A DNA stretch of 64,000 nt, taken from positions 9,073 through 73,072 of the forward strand of contig CALUXG010000030.1 in the NCBI GenBank assembly GCA_944324685.1, in the 5' to 3' direction. The DNA comes from an uncultured Elusimicrobiales bacterium (GTDB taxonomy: Bacteria > Elusimicrobiota > Elusimicrobia > Elusimicrobiales > Elusimicrobiaceae). Within the stretch, counting starts at the first letter, position 1. Each line of letters opens with the position of its first letter. This document shows positions 25,674 through 32,107 of the stretch, in pieces. A program made the translations under genes and the position numbers. The notes beneath the pieces were generated by a model. It did no database searches. It was not told the DNA's origin and was given only the letters and a program-made list of their open reading frames with translations.

Positions 25674-26446
25674 CGGGAATCCTCCACCCTGTATCCCAAG
25701 GACTCTACTCCTTTACACAGACGATAGCCCAAATCCGTAAAGGCCCGACAACATTTATCATCTCCTTTTATCATGGATTCCCAATCCCCTCCTTCTTCCA
25801 ACTCATAGATAGTATCTTGCCCCTGTCTACGTTCTGCTCTAATCTGCATGTCAAAATCGTAAAAAAAATTCTTTGATTCATAATTTAAGCCAGAGACCCA
25901 TTCCCCTCCTGTCAGCTCTAAATAATCTTGCACCTGAAACATACAATTATGATCTCCGCCACATTCCAACCAGCGCAATTTCATGGCGTCGCGCACATAT
26001 TTTATTGTCGTCAAAGCCTCCGACATACGGGCCTTTTCCACTGCAGCGGTATATTGCGGCAGCGCCACCGCAGTCAATATACCGATAATCAGCACCACCA
26101 CCAAAAGTTCAATCAGCGTAAAGCCGACCCGTTTGATAGAAAAAGGTTGAGATCCTGAGTTACGACTTCTCAGGATGACTCTATTTGTATTGTTGTCATT
26201 TATATTCTCATCATGTATATTGGCGCCATTTATATCATCGTCATGCCGAGACGCCTTTACTCGGCATCCCTGTATATGAGCGTCATGCCGAGACGTCTCT
26301 ACTCGGCATCCCAACCGCTTTATATGCTCGAAAAGCTGAGATCCTGAGTTACAACTTCTCAGGATGACGTTATGGATAAAACCTCCTAAAACGTTTTTAG
26401 AACGGCTTTTATTTGTCAGATACATTTTTTGATAAATTTTGTTCAT
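25670..26446 (-). CDS. type IV pilin-like / pseudopilin protein with an abnormally long (about 112 aa) pre-motif leader containing a repeat array; possibly disrupted
   Basis: The mature part is G|FTLIELLVVVLIIGILTAVALPQYTAAVEKAR. The first ATG is at 26446 (the track start 26452 is TTG). There is no ATG, GTG or TTG near the cleavage motif. The stop codon shares TTAA with the convergent miaA stop. Confidence 0.6.
   Translation of the reverse strand: MNKIYQKMYLTNKSRSKNVLGGFIHNVILRSCNSGSQLFEHIKRLGCRVETSRHDAHIQGCRVKASRHDDDINGANIHDENINDNNTNRVILRSRNSGSQPFSIKRVGFTLIELLVVVLIIGILTAVALPQYTAAVEKARMSEALTTIKYVRDAMKLRWLECGGDHNCMFQVQDYLELTGGEWVSGLNYESKNFFYDFDMQIRAERRQGQDTIYELEEGGDWESMIKGDDKCCRAFTDLGYRLCKGVESLGYRVEDSR
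26148..26179 (-). repeat. 32-nt palindromic repeat unit (copy A1)
   Basis: Minus strand: GTCATCCTGAG-AAGTCGTAA-CTCAGGATCTCA, with an 8-bp stem and a 9-nt loop. 31/32 identical to 26337..26368. Confidence 0.85.
26239..26270 (+). repeat. 32-nt palindromic repeat unit (copy B1, opposite orientation)
   Basis: Plus strand: cGTCATGCCGAG-ACGCCTTTA-CTCGGCATCCC, with an 8-bp stem and a 9-nt loop. 30/32 identical to 26281..26312. Confidence 0.85.
26281..26312 (+). repeat. 32-nt palindromic repeat unit (copy B2)
   Basis: cGTCATGCCGAG-ACGTCTCTA-CTCGGCATCCC. Confidence 0.85.
26337..26368 (-). repeat. 32-nt palindromic repeat unit (copy A2)
   Basis: Minus strand: GTCATCCTGAG-AAGTTGTAA-CTCAGGATCTCA. Confidence 0.85.
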
Positions 26447-26452
26447 AAACAA

Positions 26453-26470
26453 AATTTATTAAAAAAAAAA
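26453..26470 (-). promoter_or_regulatory. putative -10 (TAAATT) of pseudopilin 2 preceded by a T10 homopolymer
   Basis: Minus strand: T10 (26461-26470), AA, TAAATT (26453-26458), 6 nt, ATG 26446. No Shine-Dalgarno sequence. Confidence 0.35.
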
Positions 26471-26518
26471 CAATACAAGTCCTTTTAAAATCCCCTCTAA
26501 GCAAGGCAACGGATTTAT

Positions 26519-26524
26519 TAAAAT
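26519..26524 (+). promoter_or_regulatory. -10-like TAAAAT 6 nt upstream of the hflX ATG
   Basis: TAAAAT-ATACAT-ATG. The 21-mer is identical to the one before miaA. Confidence 0.4.
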
Positions 26525-26530
26525 ATACAT

Positions 26531-27787
26531 ATGCCTGAAACGGTTATTTTAGTGGGAGCGACGTTGAAAACGCAAACGCCGGATCCTCACGCCTTGCAAG
26601 AACTGCAGCGTTTAGCCGAAACCGCCGGCGCCGCGACAGCCGCTGTTTATCATGTACGCATGGAAACATACCAAGCCGCCACTTTTATCGGAACTGGAAA
26701 AATAAAAGAAATAGCGGAAGCTTGTGAAAATCTTGGAGCGGACGCTGTTATTTTTGACGATGAAATTACGCCTGCCCAACAAAAAAATTTGGAAAACTTG
26801 CTGCCCGCAAAAGTGCTGGACCGCACACGGCTGATTTTGGATATTTTTGCACAGCGTGCGCGAACGTTGGAAGGCAAGTTGCAGGTGGAATTGGCCCAGT
26901 TGAATTATTTATTGCCTCGTTTAAGCGGAAAAGGAACGACCATGATGCAGCAAAAGGGTGGTATTGGCATGCGCGGTCCCGGGGAGCGGAAACTGGAATA
27001 TGACCGGAGAAGACTGAGACAACGCATTGCACGATTGGAAAAAGAAATAGAACAAGTAAAAAAAGAACGCGCTTTGCGCCGCCAATGTCGCGGCGCCGTA
27101 CCGCTGCCGCAGATTGCACTTATCGGGTATACCAATGCGGGCAAAAGCACGCTTCTTAATGCATTGGCCGGCACACAGGCCGTATACGCAGACGACAAAC
27201 TTTTCGCCACGTTAGACCCCACCACCCGCCGCGTACATACGCGCTCCGGCGGACAAATGTTATTTACCGATACAGTGGGATTTATTCAAAAACTTCCGCA
27301 TACGCTGGTATCGGCTTTCCGCGCCACGCTGGAAGAAACAGCGTTTGCTGACGTCTTGCTCCATGTACATGACGCCGCCTCCGCTCTGAGAGACAGTCAA
27401 AGCCGCACCGTACGGAAAATTTTAACGGACTTAAAAGTCCCCCGAGTACCCGTCATTGACGTTATGAATAAAGCGGATTTGTTAAGCGCTCCAAAACTGC
27501 AGGCTTTACAAGCGCAATACCCGCACGCTATTTTTATCAGTGCACAGAACAAAAAGAACATACCCGCCCTGCTGGGCGCAGTGGAACAGGCATTAAAACC
27601 AAAATGGGATATTCACAAACTAATCCTTCCGGCGAAACAGGTTTGTCTGTTGGGAGAAATTTACGCCAAAAATTTGGTCGTCAAACGCAAAATTTTACCA
27701 AACGGCAATCTGGAATTATACATCATGGCGACGGAAGGGAATTGGCGGCAATTGTGCAAAAAACTTACTGAACGGAAGCTTCCGTAA
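26531..27787 (+). CDS. hflX: GTPase HflX
   Basis: HflX N-domain (RTRLILDIFAQRARTLEGKLQVELAQL) and G-domain (GYTNAGKSTLLNAL, DTVGF, NKAD). Confidence 0.9.
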   Translation: MPETVILVGATLKTQTPDPHALQELQRLAETAGAATAAVYHVRMETYQAATFIGTGKIKEIAEACENLGADAVIFDDEITPAQQKNLENLLPAKVLDRTRLILDIFAQRARTLEGKLQVELAQLNYLLPRLSGKGTTMMQQKGGIGMRGPGERKLEYDRRRLRQRIARLEKEIEQVKKERALRRQCRGAVPLPQIALIGYTNAGKSTLLNALAGTQAVYADDKLFATLDPTTRRVHTRSGGQMLFTDTVGFIQKLPHTLVSAFRATLEETAFADVLLHVHDAASALRDSQSRTVRKILTDLKVPRVPVIDVMNKADLLSAPKLQALQAQYPHAIFISAQNKKNIPALLGAVEQALKPKWDIHKLILPAKQVCLLGEIYAKNLVVKRKILPNGNLELYIMATEGNWRQLCKKLTERKLP

Positions 27788-28772
27788 TATCCTGCACGGT
27801 CAATGCTCCGCCAAAAGCGGTTTGCAGCGTAATGTCCGTTTTTTCTGCCTCGCTGGGAGAAATATTGGAGGCATTGGCTCCCCGTCCCGTTTCATGGAAT
27901 GAGGCAATAGTACCTCTTATAAACGTGGCATTTTGACGGCTGATGGGCGTAAACAAAAAATAATCCTCAGAATATGGAACATAACCCGCCGGTTGGTCTT
28001 TTTCATCATACACTATCCAACGACTTTGGGTATTTAGGCTGGCGGAAACCACTCCGATAATTTTGCCACCGGGCAACACTACCCCCCCTCCGCTCATTCC
28101 TTTTTGTACCCCGAAATTGACGCCCATATAATAATGCAGCTGCGGAAAATAATAGAAGTCGGCATTTTTGCTGTCATGGAAAGAGATTTCTCCTTGCCGC
28201 AAATCCGGCACCGCCAACGGCTGACGCACATGACGGACAGACTCGTTCGGCACTACCAATAACTTAGGACGCGCCGAAGACAGGGCTTGCCATTGGGCGC
28301 GCTGGGCGGCATGGTCGGACCTGTTCAGCGTTTGGATAAAACTTTTTTTATCCAACAGTTCTTTGGAACGCGCATCATAGTAAAAATAAGCTTCTTCCTG
28401 CGGATCAAAATGGATTAAAGCCACATCGTAACGCACCCCTTTTGCATCGTTCAAACGATACTGTCTGGGGGTAAAGACCTGCGGTTCGACCTCCGTATGA
28501 CGCACCTCCGCCACCGCCTGCAGCTCTCCTTGAAGTAAATCAAAAGTTATCAAACATTCTTTGTCGCAATATGGACGGACGCAGTGAGCTGCCGTCAAAT
28601 ACCATTTTGGCAAAATACGTACGGCATGGCATTGCATTCCGTCCCTGTTGTCTTGCACCGTAATCACGGTTTGATTCAAAAAGTCTTCCGCAAAAAATAC
28701 AGGCTCCCGAGGCGCGGCCTGTCCCGAAACGCCAAGCAATAAAAACAAAAACACAAAAAATCCGTTCTTCAT
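27765..28772 (-). CDS. secreted trypsin-like (S1 family) serine protease
   Basis: Signal peptide MKNGFFVFLFLLLGVSGQAAP. Catalytic His (WYLTAAHCV), Asp (YDVALIHF) and Ser (GMSGGGVV). GGAGAGGAG Shine-Dalgarno sequence. Confidence 0.8.
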   Translation of the reverse strand: MKNGFFVFLFLLLGVSGQAAPREPVFFAEDFLNQTVITVQDNRDGMQCHAVRILPKWYLTAAHCVRPYCDKECLITFDLLQGELQAVAEVRHTEVEPQVFTPRQYRLNDAKGVRYDVALIHFDPQEEAYFYYDARSKELLDKKSFIQTLNRSDHAAQRAQWQALSSARPKLLVVPNESVRHVRQPLAVPDLRQGEISFHDSKNADFYYFPQLHYYMGVNFGVQKGMSGGGVVLPGGKIIGVVSASLNTQSRWIVYDEKDQPAGYVPYSEDYFLFTPISRQNATFIRGTIASFHETGRGANASNISPSEAEKTDITLQTAFGGALTVQDITEASVQ

Positions 28773-28876
28773 ACTCCTCTCCCCTCTTATGAGACGTATT
28801 ACTTTTAGTATATATAAAAGCGGCTTGTCGCGCCAGCCAAAAAATTTTTCCGCCTTGCCTTACAAGCCAAACTTTA

Positions 28877-28882
28877 TATAAT
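28877..28882 (+). promoter_or_regulatory. consensus -10 TATAAT 6 nt upstream of the plsY ATG
   Basis: TATAAT-AAATAT-ATG 28889. No Shine-Dalgarno sequence. Confidence 0.45.
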
Positions 28883-28888
28883 AAATAT

Positions 28889-29515
28889 ATGACTATCAAC
28901 GTATTTCTGCTGGCTGTATTTAGTTATTTGCTCGGAGCCGTACCTACCGGCTACCTGATCGCCCGTAAGACCATGGGCATAGACATACGGGAACACGGCT
29001 CGGGGAACCCGGGGGCGGCCAACGTATACCGCACGGTGGGAAAATGGGCCGGAGTAGCGACTTTTTTAATTGACGGTCTGAAAGGGTTCATTCCCACGTG
29101 TTTGGCTTTACACATTTTTTCCGGAAATTACTGGCCTGCCATACTGTGCGGGACCATTGCCATTGTAGGACATATATGGACCATTTACCTAAAATTCCGC
29201 GGAGGCAAAGGAGTAGCCACCTCCGCCGGAGTGTTTGCCGCACTACTGCCCATACCGACGGCGTTGGCTTTTGCGGCTTTCGTCGCATGCGTCGCTTTAT
29301 GGGGACGCATATCTATAGGTTCCATTGTTGCCTGTGTGGTACTGCCCATTGCCAGTTTTTGCATAGGCAAGCACCCGCTGGCCGTAGATATTATGGCGCT
29401 TGCCATTGCTCTTTTGGTCGTTTACAAACATATTCCCAATATCAAGCGTCTGTTGGCCAAAAAAGAATTGGCCTTTGAAGACGGCGCAAAAAAGAGACAA
29501 AATGAAAATAAATAA
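28889..29515 (+). CDS. plsY: glycerol-3-phosphate acyltransferase PlsY
   Basis: YLLGAVPTGYLIAR, GSGNPGAANV, FRGGKGVATSAG. Confidence 0.9.
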   Translation: MTINVFLLAVFSYLLGAVPTGYLIARKTMGIDIREHGSGNPGAANVYRTVGKWAGVATFLIDGLKGFIPTCLALHIFSGNYWPAILCGTIAIVGHIWTIYLKFRGGKGVATSAGVFAALLPIPTALAFAAFVACVALWGRISIGSIVACVVLPIASFCIGKHPLAVDIMALAIALLVVYKHIPNIKRLLAKKELAFEDGAKKRQNENK

Positions 29516-30506
29516 TATTACCGTTTTCGGCGCGGGAATTTGGGGCAGCGTAATCGCCCAACATTTGGCTAAACGCGGTTATAACGTACGCCTGTGGGAG
29601 TACAATGAGCAGTTGCTGCATGCGCTGCAAACTATGGGACGTCATCCGAATATTCCTAATTTTAAAATCCATGACAACATTAAGCTGACGGGCGACGTAA
29701 AAGAAGCCGTACAAAACACGGACATGTTGGTATTTGTCATTTCTTCCAAAGCCATACGGCTCTTTTGCCGCCAACAGCTTAGACAAGTTTTGAACGGCAA
29801 AGTCTTGCCGGTGGTCAGCGCATCCAAAGGAATAGAAGACAAGACCTTTAAGACAATTTGTGAAATTATTGAAGAAGAGCTGCCTCAGCTAAAAGACAAA
29901 GTTTTGGCTTTCAGCGGGCCGAGTTTTGCCTTGGAAGTAGCGCAAGACGTACCCACCAAAATTATGCTGGCGGGGACCGATCCGGTTTTGGTAGATGAAA
30001 TACGCCCCGTTTTTGACGGAGATCCGATTATAGTTGTCCCCGCTTCGGACCGGCGCGGAGTGGAATACGGCGGCGCCATTAAAAACGTGCTGGCCATAGG
30101 CGCCGGCGTCATAGACGGCATAGGGGACGGAGCCAATTCCAAAGCCGCTTTAATCACACAAGCCTTGCAGGAAATGGACGCCGTCTTGGTCAGCCAAGGC
30201 GGACGGCCGAACACCGTTTACAGTTTGGCGGGGTTTGGGGACGCCATTTTGACATGCATGTCCGCCATTTCCCGCAACCGCCGTCTGGGTGAAAAACTGG
30301 GAACGGGCCTGTCCTTGGAAGAAGCCAAAAAAGAAGTGGGAACCATTGCCGAAGGCGTCAACTCCGTACAAAGCGTGTATGATATCGCCCGCAAAAATAA
30401 TCTGAACACGCCCATTATAGACGCTATTTGGCAAATCGTATGCCAAGGCAAAAAGCCGCATGCTCTGCTGCATGCCATGGGATTTGTTAACCGCCAAAAC
30501 AAATAA
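29502..30506 (+). CDS. gpsA: NAD(P)H-dependent glycerol-3-phosphate dehydrogenase
   Basis: Start trimmed to MKINNITVFGAGIWGSVIA (Rossmann motif). GPSFALEV and GAIKNVLAIGAG are also present. Confidence 0.9.
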   Translation: MKINNITVFGAGIWGSVIAQHLAKRGYNVRLWEYNEQLLHALQTMGRHPNIPNFKIHDNIKLTGDVKEAVQNTDMLVFVISSKAIRLFCRQQLRQVLNGKVLPVVSASKGIEDKTFKTICEIIEEELPQLKDKVLAFSGPSFALEVAQDVPTKIMLAGTDPVLVDEIRPVFDGDPIIVVPASDRRGVEYGGAIKNVLAIGAGVIDGIGDGANSKAALITQALQEMDAVLVSQGGRPNTVYSLAGFGDAILTCMSAISRNRRLGEKLGTGLSLEEAKKEVGTIAEGVNSVQSVYDIARKNNLNTPIIDAIWQIVCQGKKPHALLHAMGFVNRQNK

Positions 30507-30553
30507 AATTTTCTGCCCGTTTACCCTAAGCAGATACAACAAAGGATAATATC

Positions 30554-30814
30554 ATGAATAAAGATGACATCATCAGGCATTTGACCCGACACGTACTGGA
30601 CAAAAAACAGGCTAAAATTTCTGTAGATAAAGTATTTGACATCATCAAACACGGCTTAAAAAGGGACGGCAAAGTGGTCATCAGCAATTTTGGTTCTTTT
30701 CATCTAAAAACCGCTCTCCCCGTTACGCGGCGCAACCCAAAAACAGGAGAAAAAGTACAAGTTCCCGCCAAAAAGAAAGTCCGCTTTAAGCCTTCGGCCA
30801 ATTTGTTAAAATAA
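30554..30814 (+). CDS. HU/IHF-family DNA-binding protein
   Basis: 86 aa. GFGSF-type arm region (ISNFGSFHLKTALPVTRRNPKTGEKVQVPAKKKVRFKPS). Confidence 0.9.
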   Translation: MNKDDIIRHLTRHVLDKKQAKISVDKVFDIIKHGLKRDGKVVISNFGSFHLKTALPVTRRNPKTGEKVQVPAKKKVRFKPSANLLK

Positions 30815-30837
30815 AGAACATTGTTCCTTATCGCTTT

Positions 30838-30861
30838 CCCCCTGTTTGGCAGGGGTTTTTT
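30838..30861 (+). terminator. intrinsic terminator after the HU gene
   Basis: cccctg pairs with cagggg, followed by T6. Confidence 0.7.
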
Positions 30862-30868
30862 GCTGAAT

Positions 30869-30892
30869 AAAAAACCCCGCCGTAAGGCGGGG
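30869..30892 (-). terminator. intrinsic terminator for the convergent minus-strand operon
   Basis: ccccgcc (30875-30881) pairs with ggcgggg (30886-30892). T5 follows on the minus strand. Confidence 0.7.
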
Positions 30893-30912
30893 CTGTGGAA
30901 AAGAAAAAAGCG

Positions 30913-31698
30913 CTAAAGCACTTGTTCCAGCTCTATTTCCGCGTCTGAACGGTCTACCGCCGCCACAGCGTGCGTATTCAATTTTTTATCCAAATCAAAC
31001 AAGCTTACACTGTAGGCTACATGAATTTTTCCGTCTTTCAGTTCAGCGGAGCGAATTTCAAATACATTATCCGGCAGTTGGCTGTCCGACTCCAAAACCA
31101 ATAACATTTGTTTGGAAAAATCTACCGCCGGATAATCGCCGCGGGCGCGGGTTTTGAATTTTTTATACTCATCCGAATTTTTAATCAAAAAGAATTTAAC
31201 AGGAGCTGCAATCATGGTAATTTTGCTTTCCTGTTCCGGCAAAGCTGAAATATCCTGCCCGGGGACAATGGTCGCTTTGCCGCGGATTTGCTCAAAAGCG
31301 AGCGCCGTCGGCTGCTTTTCGGCAGAAGCGTCTTTTTGATCGGTATTTTCTTCTTCCCTCTCAATCGGCGCTATTGAGACGATATCTGCCATATCCGTCA
31401 CGGAAATTTGAGAGGGCAAATCCGTCCCATCCCTCCTCTGCGCCGCAACGGAATCTTCCGGCAAGACAACCTGCTGATTTAGGCCGTATGCGGCAATGGC
31501 CTGCGCAGCGGCCAAATCTTCCGGCGGAATATCGTCAAAGATGCCAAAAGATTCTCCGTCTTCGCTGTAGAGGCGTTCCACTTCCGAAGAGGATTTATCT
31601 CCTCCCAGAGGCAAGGAAGTAAAAAACCACCCCCCCGCACAAAACACGGCGGCCAAGCCCAAGACAATGGCCGTAATTTTAAGTTTATTATTTGCCAT
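30913..31698 (-). CDS. hypothetical N-terminally membrane-anchored protein
   Basis: MANNKLKITAIVLGLAAVFCAGGWFF TM anchor, an acidic linker, and a C-terminal globular part. I recognised no motif. Alternative starts at 31713 and 31773. Confidence 0.5.
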   Translation of the reverse strand: MANNKLKITAIVLGLAAVFCAGGWFFTSLPLGGDKSSSEVERLYSEDGESFGIFDDIPPEDLAAAQAIAAYGLNQQVVLPEDSVAAQRRDGTDLPSQISVTDMADIVSIAPIEREEENTDQKDASAEKQPTALAFEQIRGKATIVPGQDISALPEQESKITMIAAPVKFFLIKNSDEYKKFKTRARGDYPAVDFSKQMLLVLESDSQLPDNVFEIRSAELKDGKIHVAYSVSLFDLDKKLNTHAVAAVDRSDAEIELEQVL

Positions 31699-32107
31699 AT
31701 CCCGCCTTTTCATCGTACGAAGCCGTAATAACCGAGCGCAAACCTCCGCGCGGCGTAAAAACGCCCGTGACAACAGCGTGTTTGGGTTTGCAAGCTTTTA
31801 CGACATCATCCAAAATCTTGTTGGCGATATTCTCCATAAAAATACCCATATCGCGGTATTCCAACAAATAGTATTTAAGGCTTTTAAGCTCCAAACACCA
31901 TTCGTTGGGAACATACTCAATGGTAATCACGCCAAAATCCGGCAGTCCCGTTTTAGGGCAGACGGAGGTAAATTCCGGCAATTCTATTTTAATGCTGTAA
32001 TCGCGTTTATACTGATTTGGCCAACATTGTATTTGCGGCAGAACGGCATCGGCGTTTTTACGCGCATGGGCCGAAGTGTATCCAAAGTCAATATCCTGTG
32101 TTTTCAT
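31688..32107 (-). CDS. queF: NADPH-dependent 7-cyano-7-deazaguanine (preQ0) reductase, unimodular type
   Basis: EFTSVCPKTGLPDFGVITIEYVP (catalytic Cys motif) in a 139-aa protein. Confidence 0.9.
   Translation of the reverse strand: MKTQDIDFGYTSAHARKNADAVLPQIQCWPNQYKRDYSIKIELPEFTSVCPKTGLPDFGVITIEYVPNEWCLELKSLKYYLLEYRDMGIFMENIANKILDDVVKACKPKHAVVTGVFTPRGGLRSVITASYDEKAGYGK

Noticed and set aside
26148-26368. The four 32-nt palindromic repeats as a mini CRISPR array.
   Set aside because: There are only four units, in mixed orientation, with unequal spacers (59, 10 and 24 nt). They lie inside an open reading frame and there are no cas genes in the window.
25674-26530. An hfq gene between miaA and hflX.
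   Set aside because: No Sm-like ORF of 60-100 aa exists on either strand. The space is filled by the pseudopilin gene.
28470-28510. GGTTCGACC T-loop-like sequence as a possible tRNA.
   Set aside because: The flanking bases do not form T, anticodon or acceptor stems, and it lies inside the protease CDS.
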